A program made the position numbers and the translations under genes. Under the pieces are notes generated by a model. That model ran no database searches. It worked only from the letters and a program-made list of their open reading frames with translations, and had not been told where the DNA came from. From Centroscyllium fabricii (lineage: Eukaryota), in contig JBNRSN020000016.1 in NCBI GenBank assembly GCA_051313645.2, positions 22,444,001 through 22,508,000 of the forward strand: DNA of 64,000 bases, written 5' to 3'. Positions 1 to 11,925 of this stretch are shown in pieces. How positions within the stretch are numbered: position 1 is the stretch's first letter; each line of letters opens with the position of its first letter.

Positions 1-685
1 ACTGAAAGCAGAAGACACACCCCCATCTTCATCCAAGGGGCTGAGGTGGAAAGGGTGTCCAGCTTCAAGTTCCTCGGGGTCCACATCTCGAAAGACCTCT
101 CCTGGTCACTAAACACCTTCTCTCTGGTTAAGAAGGCCCAACAGCGCCTGTACTTCCTAAGGAAGCTGAAGAAAGCCAGGCTGTCATCCGGCATCCTCTC
201 CCAGTTCTACCGCTGCACAATCAAAAGCATACTGACAAGCTGCATCACAGTCTGGTATGGAAATTGCACCATCTCAGACCGGAAGACCCTGCAGCGGGTA
301 GTCAAAACTGCCAAACGAATCACCGGTACCCAGCTACCGTCAATTGAAAGCATCTACCTCAAACGCTGCCTACGGAGGTCTCTGAACATTATTAAAGACC
401 CCACACACCCCAGCCACAGTCTGTTCAACCCCCTGCCCTCCGGGGGATGCTACAGATCAATTCGCACCCGCACGACTAGATTTAAGAACAGCTTCTTCCC
501 CAGGGCTGTCAGCCTCCTGAACTCTAAAAAAAAACTCCGGTACCTGCACACCTGAAAATGTACTTTACTGTATGCAATTTGCAAGTAATTTATTTGCACT
601 ACTCTCGGGAGCGTCGAGTCTTCGTCTCATTGTATTGTACTAGTACTCTGCAATGACAATAAAACTTGAATTGAATTGAATTGAA
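1..685 (+). mobile_element. Rex1/Babar-like non-LTR retrotransposon, 3' end (cut by window edge)
   Basis: ORF 46-555 with FKFLGVHI...[13 protein letters not shown]...WYGNC...DPTHPSH...NSFFP, typical of the Rex1 C-terminus; 3' UTR ends CAATAAAAC(TTGAA)n; near-identical to copies at 34.5, 38.2 and 52.2 kb. Confidence 0.88.
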
Positions 686-750
686 CTCTGAGCTCAACCC
701 CATATCTTCTGCATCATAAGAGGTTTTAAATGAATATTTTGCATCTGTGT

Positions 751-1010
751 TAGAAACATAGAAACATAGAAAATAGGTGCAGGAGTAGACCATTCGGTCC
801 GTCGAGCCTGCACCGCCATTCAATACGTTCATGGCTGAACATAAGAACACAAGAACACAAGAACACAAGAACACAAGAACAGGAACACAGGAACACAGGA
901 ACACAAGAACACAAGAACCCAAGAAATAGGAGCAGGAGTAGGCCAATCGGCCCCCCGAGCCCGCCCCCTCACCCATCAAGATCATTGCTGATCCTACCCT
1001 AACCTTCATA
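751..1010 (-). mobile_element. two stacked CR1-type LINE/SINE 3' ends with octamer microsatellite tails
   Basis: (AGAAACAT)n and (AAGAACAC)n tails next to AGGAGTAGGCCA...CGAGCC, the reverse complement of the 3' end seen on CR1 and V-SINE copies throughout the window. Confidence 0.7.
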
Positions 1011-1127
1011 CCACTATCACCCTTCTCCCACCCAAAGAACCATGTGATCTCCTGGGCCTCTTTCTGTGCTGTATAGCTCTATGACTATGACTCTATGACC
1101 ACCTGCCTCCACCTCCATAAAATTGCC

Positions 1128-1409
1128 TGTGGTAATCATGATTACCAGTGTATATAGTTGAGCACACGACAGACCAGCATGTATAGTGGCTGGGTGCATT
1201 GTATATAGTTTTGTATAACGACACTGTCGCGAGGTCAGGTCAGCCACACCTCTAACTCCTCCCCTCAGGTGAGGGCCTTATAGGTGAGGTCTGACCTGCC
1301 CCCATTCATTCTGCACTCAATGTTCGAATGGAGACTAGCTCCATTGTAAAGTGATTAAAAGCCTCTAGTTAAGGTAACTACTCGTCTTTGTCTTATTGAT
1401 GATACGTCA
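1128..1409 (+). mobile_element. solo LTR, Gypsy lineage 2
   Basis: TGTGGTAA...GATACGTCA ends, 5-bp TSD TTGCC on both sides, similar to LTRs at 8016 and 11229. Confidence 0.9.
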
Positions 1410-1970
1410 TTGCCCACTTCCACTCTCATCTCAGCCCATCTGCCACCGTAACCATCAGCGAACTATTCTAATGCTCTCCTGGCCCATTTCCCTTTCTCCA
1501 CCCTTCGTAAAATTCAGCTCATCCAAAAGCTGCTTATCACGTGCCAAGTCTCACTCACCTATCAACCTGCTCCTCATTGTGCTTGTTGTATCCTTGTCTC
1601 CCAACGCCGCAAATTTTAAATTTTCATAATTGTGGCCTTGACCCTTCCTATCTCTGTAACCTTCTCCAGCACCAAAACCATTCCTCCAAACTCTCCATTC
1701 CTCTGAATATAGCCTCTTGTGCACCTTCTCCTCCCTTAGCCCCACCATTGGCAGCCATGGCTTGATCTGCCTAGGCCCCAGGGTCTTCATCTCTCTTAAT
1801 AAATCTTTCCTTCTCTCTACTTCTCTCTCCTTCTTTATGACCGCCCTTAAAACCCACCTCTTTGGCCAATGTTTCGGTCGCCCCTTCTAACATCTCCTTC
1901 TGTGACTCCACGTCTATCTATTTCCTTATAACATTGTGAAGCGCCTTGGGATGTTTTTCTGCATTAACGG
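1410..1970 (+). mobile_element. decayed L2-like LINE 3' fragment
   Basis: similar to L2-like ends at 38.0, 50.1 and 60.4 kb, ending GTGAAGCGCCTTGGGATGTTT. Confidence 0.55.
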
Positions 1971-2428
1971 TGTAGTTTCAGGGAATTATCTATTTGAACC
2001 CCCTGGATGTCTCTAGCCACAACCTTTAGCATTCCATGTTTTTTCCTCCCAATACGTATTACCTCACACTTATCCTCATTTAATTGCATCGGACTCCTCC
2101 TCTGCCAATTCTACTAACCTGCCTGTCTCTTCCTGAAGTCTTTCACAGTTCACCTCGCTGTTTTCCAAACCTACTTTTGTAAATACTTTTCATAATTTCA
2201 TGAGAAACAAAGGAAACCGAAATATGTATCTGCTAAGCTGAAGAAGGATCAAATATATATTCAAACAAAACCCGCAGGGAGCTAGTATTTGAATCAAGTG
2301 GCTTGACCCCTCGCTCAGATTCCTGATTAGCTATAACACCTGTTCTGGAACTGCTACCTGTCGAACAAGCTGGGCCATCTTCTGTTGGTCAACTTGGCTT
2401 TTAACCCCATATGTACCATGGGGTTAAA

Positions 2429-2726
2429 GCGTGGGTTTCCTCCGGGTGCTCCGGTTTCCTCCCACAGTCCAAAGATGTGCGGGTTAGGTTGATTGGCCAG
2501 GATAAATTGACCCTTAGTGTTAGGGGGATTGAATATGTGGGGTTACGGGGATAGGGTGGGATATGTGTCGGTGCAGGCTCGATAGGGATTGAGGGATGTG
2601 GGGCGAGGGCAGGGGCGTGGTGCTGGGTTTGGATGATCAGCCAAGATCTCATTGAATGGCGGAGCAGGCTCGAAGGGCCGAATGGCCTACTCCTGCTCCT
2701 AGTTTCTATGTTTCTATGTTTCTATG
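2429..2726 (+). mobile_element. V-SINE/HE1-like SINE, 5'-truncated
   Basis: V-domain GTGGGTTTCCTCCGGGTGCTCCGGTTTCCTCCCACAGTCCAAAGA, CR1-like tail (TTCTATGT)n. Confidence 0.85.
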
Positions 2727-2789
2727 ACAGAAAGAAAGAAGCCAACAAGACAAAAATTCCTTCACTGAAGGTTTAAGAACACAAGAATG

Positions 2790-3398
2790 TTCTTGGTACA
2801 TCGGCGAGACCATGCACACACTTCGACAACGGATGAACAGACACCGCGCAACAATCGCCAGGCAGGAATGTTCCCTCCCAGTCGGGGAACACTTCAGCAG
2901 TCAAGGACATTCAGCCTCCGATCTTCGGGTAAGCATTCTCCAAGGCGGCCTTCGAGACACACGACAACGCAAAATCGTCGAGCAGAGGCTGATAGCCAAA
3001 TTCCGCACCGTAATATCGGCTTCATATCACGCTACATGTGACCCTGCCTGATGTAGAGTCATCCAGGCTAGAGACATCTTTGCCTTGTAAGGAAATTCCT
3101 TTTTTTCAAATCATTCTGTGTGTTTTCGCATAGACAAGAGGACTGCAGCATTTGACCCTTTGTGACTGTGCCTCATTGCTCTCAGACTGATATGTTAAAA
3201 TATGTTAATACACCTGTGTCTGCTATGTTTGTCTCTTTGCTAAGGCGAGATGTGGGAGATATCCGATTTCTCTCTCCCTTGCATATGTGCTTTCTTTGGA
3301 TCAACTTCACTTCACCTGACGAAGGAGCAGCGCTCCGAAAGCTTGTGATTTAAAATAAAACTGTTGGACTATAACCTGGTGTTGTGTGACTTCTTACA
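2790..3398 (+). mobile_element. Penelope-like element 3' fragment (GIY-YIG endonuclease remnant plus terminal repeat)
   Basis: translation YIGETMHTLRQRMNRH...LPVGEHFS...EQRLIAKFRT; terminal region shared with 9740 and 46822 copies. Confidence 0.85.
3312..3348 (+). ncRNA. minimal type I hammerhead ribozyme motif (Penelope type)
   Basis: TCAC-CTGACGA-A-GGAGC/AGC/GCTCC-GAAA-GCTT-GTGA: CUGANGA and GAAA cores, stem I TCAC/GTGA, stem II GGAGC/GCTCC, palindromic AAGCTT stem III. Confidence 0.8.
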
Positions 3399-3399
3399 A

Positions 3400-3955
3400 G
3401 AATATAAGAAATAGGAGCAGGACTAGGCCATACGGCCCCTCGAGCCTGCTCTGCCATTCAATAGGATCACAGCTGATCTTCTACCTCATCTTCACTTTCC
3501 TGCACTATCCCCATATCCCTTGATTCCCTTAATATCCAAAAATCTATCGATCTCTGTCTTGAATATACTCAACGACAGAGCCTCCACAGCCCTCTGGGGT
3601 AGAGAATTCCAGAGATTCACCACCCTCTGAGTGAAGAAATTCCTCCTCCTCCCAGTCTTAAATGGTTGACACCTTATCCTGAGACTATGACCTCTAGTTC
3701 CAGCCAGGGGAAACAGCCACTCTGCACCTACCCTGTCAAGCCCTTGAAGAGTATTACACGTTTCAATGAGATCACCTCTCAAACTTCTAAACTCCAGAGA
3801 GTATAGGCCCAATCTACTCAATCTCTCCTCATAGGACAACCCTCTCATCCCAGGAAACAGTCTGGTGAACCTTGGTTGCACCCCCCCGCCCCCCCAAGGC
3901 AAGTATATCCTTCCTTAAGCAAGTAGACCAAAACTGTACACAGTACTCCAGGTCC
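3400..3955 (-). mobile_element. CR1 LINE 3' fragment
   Basis: LSYEERLSRLGLYSLE...LRGDLIE...RRNFFTQRVVNLWNSLP. Confidence 0.88.
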
Positions 3956-5130
3956 CTTGTCTTTGCTGATCTCAGCGAGAGGCATTGATAAGGTGTTTAC
4001 AATTGTCCTCAGCACTCCCTGAGCTAAAGAGCAGGAAAGGTTCTCCTCAGAATATGCCGGTGACCTCCATTGGGAAGTAACGCGTGTGCGGATGCCGGTT
4101 CGAACCGGGTAGACAGGATCAGTCGCAGCTATGTCGTTGCCCCCCATCGCACCCCCATCCCCCCTCCCCCGCCCCACAGCCAAATAGCATGCTGGCATCC
4201 GCCATCCAGGCTGACAGGTGAAGAGCGACGACCAGGTGGAACTGCAGCCAAGCATGAGCCAGCACCTTAGGGTGGAGGGAAATCAGGAGAAAGCAACAGA
4301 CACAAGATTCTGCAGCAACGCCTCATATGGGCCGCTGACGTTTGGTGAGACTTGGCAGCAGAGCGGCTCTGTTTAGTGCACTCGGCACTGATAACTGGGG
4401 AGCTTTTTACCCTCGGATCGGGATTTTGTACTCCAATGTTATGCTTGGAAGTGCCCGTGTGTACAGGGGGAGTGAAAGGGAAGCGGTCCTGGTCTAAGGA
4501 ATTTGGCGCTTGGAGCCGGTATAACCTTAATTGCAGGCAAACGTACAGCCCACCTCCTCAACTCTGTGACAGCCCCGCGCCTTGTTTGTTAGCTTTACTT
4601 AGGAGCAGCAGTGAAAGGCAATACTTTTTCAGCCTGTTACGATTGTGCCAAGGCAAACATCTTTTTTCGAGAGTGCTCTCTCAATTTAAAGCTAAATATC
4701 AACCTGCCTCTGCCCTGATAGACACATACAGTATATCACTGTCCTGCCCCATCTAATTTCATTAATGTGATCTTGTGGCCATTTCGTGGCAGTTTAACTA
4801 CTGTTATTTGTGGCCTCATCAAAGGCGAGTATTGGCAATAAATTCCATTCTACGGAAATTAAGGTATAAATAACATCCCACCTTTCTGCCACATTAGCTT
4901 ATTATATCTATACATTTAATTAAATGAAAGCACAATGACATTTATTTGATCCCTACTCGCTTGTTAATGGCAATAAACGGCAAAGAGAAAGGAGAGAAAA
5001 AAACATTATTAGGTATTAGTCGTTTTACATCGATAGTTCGTAAACCATCCTTGGAACAGTGGAGTTCAGAGTCCCGACCAGACCTTCCTCATTTGTTCCT
5101 CGGAACTTGTTGAATACGGGAGCGGGATAC

Positions 5131-5500
5131 GACACGGTGGCGCAGTGGTTAGCGCTGCCGCCTCGCAATCAGGAGCTCCTGGGTTTGAATCCTGCTTGGC
5201 CCGGGACCTCTCTGCGTGGAGTTTGCATGTTCTCCCCGTGTTCGTGTGGGTTTCCTCCGGGTACTCCAGTTTCCTCCCACCACCCAAAGACATGCAGGTT
5301 AGGTGAATTGGAGATACTAAAAATTGCCCATGAGTATGTGTGTGAGATATAGTTCTTAGAGTTGGGGGTGTCGGGGGATATGGGGAGAGGGTAGGAGGGG
5401 GGTGCTGGGTTTGGGTGATCAGCCATGATCTCATCAAAATGGCGGAGCGGGCTCGAAGGGCCGAACGGCCTACTCCTGCTCCGATCTTCTGTGTTTCTGT
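5131..5500 (+). mobile_element. V-SINE/HE1-like SINE, full length
   Basis: tRNA-like head (GGTGGCGCAGTGG A box, GGTTTGAATCC B box), V-domain, CR1-like tail. Confidence 0.85.
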
Positions 5501-6064
5501 GGATGTATATTAATTAGAAACTATTAATGCTTCAGTTTGAGTTCAGGAGGTCCTTGACTTCCATTGTTTATAACCTTGGTTTTTCCATTCTCCATCGCAA
5601 CAAAGTGATATTGATTGTCGTAACTGGTGCTTTTGGATAACTCTCCTCCCCTAAACCCCCAACCCCTGCATTAGCACGAGTGATAAAAAAAAGGGGGAAA
5701 TTGACTGTGCTCAGTCAAAAAATGAGTGACTACCTTACAGTGAATCATTTCCCAGCCGATTGTTCAGATCTAGTGCAATTATGGAATACAGGTTCACAAT
5801 TCCTTATCCGAAACCCTTGGGGCCAGATGGGTTTAGCTTTGCGGGATTTTTCGGTTTTCAGAATGGTGCCCAGTGCGCAGGCGCTCTGCGCATGTGCATG
5901 CGCATTGCCGTGTTGGCGTTGTCTGAAATGGTAGGAGATTGTGGGCTCGGGGAGGAATTGGACCCGCAGGTGGGCTGGAAAGCTTCATAAACACCCAGCA
6001 CAAGATGGCGGCGTGCATAGACGCAGCGGCTTTGCGTCTCCCGAATTTTTAGTGTCCCTGGTTC

Positions 6065-6535
6065 CCGCACTGTTCCTGGAGAGGACGGCGGGGTCGGTGG
6101 AGTAGAGCACCGGTGCTCCTCAATCGGGGCACCGGTGCTGAACAAGCCGTCGTGGTCGTCGGAGCGCCGGGGTGCTGAGAGCGGGCTCGGAGATCCGTGG
6201 GGCCGTCGGGCTCGGAGAGCCGTGGGGGCCGTCGGGCTCGGAGAGCCGTGGGGGCCGTCGGGCTCGGAGAGCCGTGGGGGCCGTCGGGCTCGGAGAGCCG
6301 TGGGGGCCGTCGGGCTCGGAGAGCTGAGGGGCCGGGAGCTGCGAGACCGTCGTGGCTGGAGCGCCAGGGCCTGCGTGGCCGGGACCGGGCGCATCGTGGC
6401 TGCAGCGCCTGGTGGGATGGAATGGATCAGACTGGGACCAAGGACATTTAATAATTTGGGAGATTGCATGTTTGCATTTCGTTGTTTTGTGTATGTTCAC
6501 TTTACAATGACAATAAATTGAATCTTATCTTATCT
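6065..6535 (+). mobile_element. retroposon 3' region with GC-rich 25/26-bp tandem repeat
   Basis: units GTCGGGCTCGGAGAGCCGTGGGG(G)CC; ends ACAATGACAATAAATTGAA(TCTTA)n; second copy at 14577-15080. Confidence 0.65.
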
Positions 6536-6662
6536 AGTGTAGGCCTCAGGCCCCGAATTAGCTTTAGGATTATTACCTTATACTCCGCTTCTAGTCCAAA
6601 ATGGGTCATGTTTGGCGCAACTCGGGTCATGTGACGCTCCAAAAAAACTTTTGGTTTTCGGA

Positions 6663-8284
6663 ACCAACGGTCGGTGGTGTTTATGTTTAACACTAAACAA
6701 CGGGGTAAAATTAAGAATGATAAGATCCTTCGGTGGCGGATCGAGCTCTCAACTTACGAGTACAACATTCTTTACCGGCCAGGTAAGCTCAACAAGCCCC
6801 CGGATGCCCTGTCCAGGGGAACGTGCGCCAGTGCCCAGCTTGAGCGGCTGCAGGGCCTCCATGATGGCCTCTGCCACCCGGGTGTCACCAGACCCGCCCA
6901 CTTTGTGAAGTCCCGTAGCCTCCCCTACTCCATCTCGGAGATCAAGGCTATGACAAGAGTGCCCTGTCTGCGCTGAATGCAAACCCCAATTTTACAGGCC
7001 AGAAAGGGCGCACATCACTAAGGCCACCCGCCCCTTCGAGCGCTTGAGTGTGGACTTCAAAGGTCCCCTCCCCTCCACTGACCGCAACTCGTATTCCCTC
7101 ACGGTCATCGACGAGTTCTCCCGCTTCCCCTTTGCCTTCCCCTGCACAGATATGACGAGTGCAACGGTGATCAAACACTTCACCATGCTGTTCGCCATTT
7201 TCGGTCTCCCCAGCTATATCCACAGCAACCGGGGGTCGTCATCCATGAGCGACGAGCTGCGTCAGTTCCTGCTCCAGAAGGGGATTGCCTCGAGCAGAAC
7301 GACCAGTTACAAACCCCGGGGGAACGGCCAGGTAGAAAGGGAGAACGGGACGATCTGGAGGGCGGTGACCCTGGCCCTGAAGTCCAGAGGCCTTCCAGTA
7401 TCCCGTTGGCAGCAGGTCCTCCCCGACTCGCTCCATTCCATCCGCTCTCTGCTGTGTACCGCTACCAATGCCACACCTCACGAGCAATTGTTTTCCTTCC
7501 CCAGGAAATCGACTTCGGGGACAGCACTCCCGCTGTGGCTGACCACCCCAGGGCCAGTGTTGCTTAGGAAGCACGTCCACGGCCACAAGAAGGACCCCCT
7601 GGTGGAACGGGTGCAGCTGCTCCACGCCAACCCGCAATATGCGTTCGTGGCATACCCGGACGGGCGCGAAGACACGATCTCAATGAGGGACATGGTGCCC
7701 GCCGGGGCCACGATCATGGAACCCCCGGTTGAGCCTCAGCTTCACCAGCCACCACCCACCGAACACTGGCCCCCATACACACACACACCGGGGCCCTCGC
7801 CATCAACGGCCGATGAACAGAGGTCGGACATCGCACCGCTGCCACCATTGGCGGACGACACGACCCCGACCCCGCGACCAGAAGCACCATCACCGGCACC
7901 CCATCGGTCCCTCAGGCAGACACGGACACCCGAGAGACTGAACACAGAATGCTAATTTGCCAACTGTGTTAGCGCATGTTCACCCCGCCGGACTCATTTT
8001 TAAAGAAGGGGTGAATGTGGTAAACCTGTATTTCGCCACTGTATTGTACCACTGTAATGGTACCATAATGCACCACTGTACATATGTAGATATCGGTATA
8101 CAGGAGCCTGCCTCAGCTGACCCACCTCTGACTCCTCCCCTGAGTCCAGGTATATCGGTAATTGCCTACCATCCCCCGGTCAGTACAGACCCAAGCTCAG
8201 CTGAGACACGCTCCATTCTATAGTTAATAAAAGCCTTTAGTTGAGGTAACTATTCGCCTTTGTGTCTTAATTGACGATACGTCA
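6663..8284 (+). mobile_element. Gypsy LTR retrotransposon (lineage 2), 5'-truncated: RNase H end, integrase, PPT, 3' LTR
   Basis: KIKNDKILRWRIELS, HHCC remnant, SVDFKGP...VEREN; PPT AAAGAAGGGGTGAA 8002-8015; LTR 8016-8284 TG...CA. Confidence 0.92.
6674..7955 (+). pseudogene. pol: Gypsy pol fragment (RNase H C-terminus plus integrase), frameshifted near 6960
   Basis: ORFs 6674-6976 and 7044-7955 align with the minus-strand pol at 61336-63013; second catalytic D reads N (IHSNRG). Confidence 0.88.
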
Positions 8285-8419
8285 CTCTGGTGAAAAAGCC
8301 AGGGTCCACACCCCGAGTTTTAACAATGGCGATTTGTCCTCAGCGCACAGTGAGAAACTGTCTCTGAAGAACATTCTAAATACACCCTTCCAGCACGGCA
8401 GCTGCCCCTCCAGGCCAGT

Positions 8420-8968
8420 TGGGTTCTGGACACCATATTATAAAAAGGATATAGAGGCATTGGAGAGGGTGCAGAGAAGATTTGCAAGGATGATACCAGA
8501 AATACGAGGGTCTACATATCAGGAAAGGATGAACAGGCTGGGTCTCTTTTCTCTTGAAAAAACAGAAGGCTGAGTGGTGACCTAATAGAGGTCTTTAAAA
8601 TTATGAAAGGTTTTGATAGAGTGGATACAGAGAGAATGGTTCCACTTGTGGGGAAGAGCATAACTAGAGGCCATCAATATAAGATAGTCAGCAAGAAATC
8701 CAATAGGGAATTCAGAAGAAACTTTTTTGCCCAGAGAGTGGTGAGAATGTGGAACTCGCTACCACAGGGAGTGGTTGAAGTGAATCGTATCGATGCATTT
8801 AAGGGGAGGTTTGATAAGCATATGAGGGAGAAGGGAATCGAGGATGATGCTGATAGAGTTAGATAAGGAAAGATGGGAGGAGGCTCGTGCAGAGCATAAA
8901 TGTCGGCATGGACTGGTTGGGCCGAATGGCCTGCTTCTGTGCCGTATATCCTATGTAATCTTATGTAA
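8420..8968 (+). mobile_element. CR1 LINE 3' fragment
   Basis: FWTPYYKKDIEALERVQRR...LGLFSLEK; RRNFFAQRVVRMWNSLP. Confidence 0.88.
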
Positions 8969-9739
8969 ATACCTTTGCAGAATATTCTTGGTTTGATATA
9001 TAAAATCCATTAAGGGTCGATCTGGTCAGATCAATGCCAGTTTTGCATGCCTTGACATCAGACTGGCTGGAAAACTGGCCTTTAAATCTGGTGTTCAGCC
9101 AATAGAAACCCGGTTTCCTTGAACTAGTTGGCATCTACAAACTGGACAGCGGGAGGCGGAAGAAAGAACGTAAGGTTCTAAACTTATTGTTATTTTAAGT
9201 GGGAAAGAAAGGTTAGAATAGAGCAGGTGGAAAAAACATCAGGTAATAAAAAAACACTGTAAAAGGGGAGGAGAGAAAAAGGGAGTAAAGAAAAGAAAAA
9301 TAATACAAGATCGGCTCATTTGTATAAGTTCCAGGGACTCCGGGAGGTGGACGCACCTCAACATGTACTGGGAGTGCCTGGAATGGGGTTATTGGGGAGC
9401 CGCAGCGGGTAAAGGGCTGCTGCTTGCTTGTTGTGCATGCCAGCCATGTTCTTGGGATAGCGGAAGGTGCACTGGGCATGGGATGAGGAAGGAATGAGGG
9501 AAACGGTGTACATCATGCAGAAGCGTTGGGATGGTGGAAACAAAGTTACCTGGAGTTCATTTTTTAAAAACAAAATGGCAGACTCGCCTTTCAGCACTTC
9601 TTTGAAACGAGTGTGGAGGAGATGGAATACTGTTACTTTTCAGCATCATAGCTTGTTTTTGGAGTTCTTCACAGTTTGTTTTGCATCAGCTTTGCTAGTT
9701 TTCTTTGTATAGTTTGCCATCGCAGTGCAAGTCAATGCA

Positions 9740-10750
9740 TGCAAGAAGTCACACAACACCAGATTATAGTCCAACAGTTTTATTTTAAATCACAAGCTTT
9801 CGGAGCTTTTGCCCCTTTGTCAGGTGAAAGAGAGACTGACTTAAAGAACGCACATATGGAAGGAAGGGAGAAATCCGATCTCTACCACATCCCACCTTAC
9901 CAGAGATAGACAGAGCACACAAAGGCGTATTAACATATTTTAAGAGACTCATTTAAACATAGCATATATAGAGAGAGAGAACACTGTGGTCTCTCCAGCT
10001 GTTTCACATCACACCTCAGCTGAGGGACATCAAAGCAATCAAAGGTGTTCTAACATATCAGTCAGCCTGAGATCAAAGGGTTCAGTCACAAAGGGTCAAA
10101 CGTTACAGTCTGCTGTCCTTGAAAATCCCACAGAATGATTTTTTAAAAAACAAGGATTTTTCTTACTGAAAATCGCAGAAGAAGCCAAAGATGGTTCGAG
10201 TCTGGATGACTCTACGTCAGGTGGGGTCACATGTAGCACTACATAAATCCAATATCATGGTTGAGGCCGTGCTCATGGGTGCGGAACTTGGCTATCAGCC
10301 TCTGCTCGACGATTTTACGTTGTCGTGTGTCTGGAAGGCCACCTTGGAGAATGCTTACCCGAAGATCGGAAGCTGAATGTCCTTGACTGCTGAAATGTTC
10401 CCCGACTGGGAGGGAACACTCCTGCCTGGTGATTGTTGCGTGGTGCCCGTTCATCCGTTGTCGTAGTGTCTGCATGGTCTCACCGATGCCCCGGGGAATA
10501 CTTTCCTGCAACGTATGAGGTAGACAACATTGGTCGAGTTACATGAGTATGTACCATGTACCTGGTGTGTTGTGTCCTCACGTGTGATGATGGTATCTGT
10601 GCTGATGATTTGGCACGTTTTGCAGAGGTTGCTGTGGCAGGGTTGTGTGGTGTTGTGGTTGCTGTTCTCCTGAAGGCCGGGTAATTTGCTGCGAACGATA
10701 GTCTGTTTGAGGTTAGGCGGCTGTTTGAAGGCGAGTAGTGGAGTCAATGC
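9740..10750 (-). mobile_element. Penelope-like element 3' part (GIY-YIG domain plus terminal repeat)
   Basis: AFKQPPNLKQTIVRS...C..C...YSCNSTNVVYLIRC; IGETMQTLRQRMNGH. Confidence 0.88.
9790..9827 (-). ncRNA. hammerhead motif, core-mutated copy
   Basis: reverse strand TCACCTGACAAAGGGGCAAAAGCTCCGAAAGCTTGTGA; CUGACAA replaces CUGANGA. Confidence 0.65.
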
Positions 10751-11199
10751 AGGCACAGGTGTGTCATTTTGTGCATTCACTGCCTTGTGCTAGAAGGGAC
10801 CCACGCAGGACAGAATAGTTGTAGGTTTTCAGTCCCCGGTCATTTCAACCAGGGTGACAGTAGGGTCTCTACAGTTGTCGTCCGCCTCCAATCGACTTGG
10901 CCACTGGAGGGGCATAGCGTAGGGAGGCCAGAGGGACTGAGGAGGAGAACTATCCAGCCCAGCTCCCACAGTTCTTGTTTGCTTTCCTGCTGGAATGAGT
11001 ATAGGTGCGGATGTTGGATGAGGATTTCGATGACGGCCCCACAGTTGAACAACCGGCGGACATCCACGGTCCGGGTTCACGCATTAAGAATGACCACACG
11101 GGTAAGGCATCCTGCGGAGGCAAGGCCCCAGCTTGAGTCAGGCCCTTCAGAAGAGGTGCAGATAAGTGATAAGAGGAGAGAAAAAAGGATTTTATTTTA

Positions 11200-11925
11200 A
11201 TTCATTCATGGGATGTGGTTGTTTCCAGTGTGGTAACCGTTATATGTACTCTTATTACCACCTTAATATTGTTACCAATATTACACAGTATGTATAGCGG
11301 CCGGGTGCATGATACAACTGTCCTGTATTGCGACACTGTCGCGGGGTCAGGTCAGCCACACCTCTAACTCCTCCCCTCAGGTGAGTGCCTTATAGGTGGG
11401 GACTGATCTGCCCCCATCCATTCTGTACCTGATGTTCGATCGGAGCGTAGCTCCTTTGTAAGCTAATAAAAGCCTATAGTTAAGGTAACTACACGTCTTT
11501 AGTTTTATTAAGACTATTGACGATACGTCATCCAGCAAGACCAGCATTTATTGCCCTCGAGAAGGTGGTGGTGAGCTACCATTTTGAGCACAACTTAGTG
11601 TCTCTTTAGGCCATTTCAGAGGCCAGTTAAAAGTCAACCACATTGCTGTGGGTCTGGAGTCGCAAATAGACCAGATTCGGGTAAGGATGACAGATTTCCT
11701 TCCCTAAAATGTATTAGTGAACCAAGTGGAGTTTTATGGTAGCTCCACGTTCACCATTAACTGATACTGTACTAGCTGTTTTTTTATTCCGGATTGAATT
11801 AATTATTTTAAATTTAAATTCCCCAACTGCCATGGTGGGATTAGACTCAAGTCTCACAGATCATTAATCCAGACCTTACCTGGATTGACATAGTACTAGT
11901 AACACAACCATTATGCTACCGTACC
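11200..11925 (-). mobile_element. tRNA-derived SINE family B, interrupted by a solo LTR
   Basis: similar to copies at 32053 and 43070 (GTCAACCACATTGCTGTGGGTCTGGAGTC). Confidence 0.7.
11229..11530 (+). mobile_element. solo LTR, Gypsy lineage 2
   Basis: TGTGGTAA...GATACGTCA, AATAAA, 5-bp TSD TCCAG. Confidence 0.92.

Noticed and set aside
1-30. Window start coincides with the truncation point of the 52189 Rex1 copy
   Set aside because: Upstream sequence is not visible; treated as coincidence.
3955-4270. Ancient LF-SINE-like remnant (also about 49840-49960)
   Set aside because: Similarity is too weak to support without an HMM search.
5131-5210. tRNA genes here and at 32053, 45233, 49438
   Set aside because: These are A/B-box heads continuous with SINE bodies and tails.
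5858-6521. GC-rich ORFs on both strands here and at 12.9-16.3, 17.6-18.4, 39.7-42.8 and 48-49 kb
   Set aside because: Open frames are by-products of GC-rich repeats and MITEs; no protein motifs.
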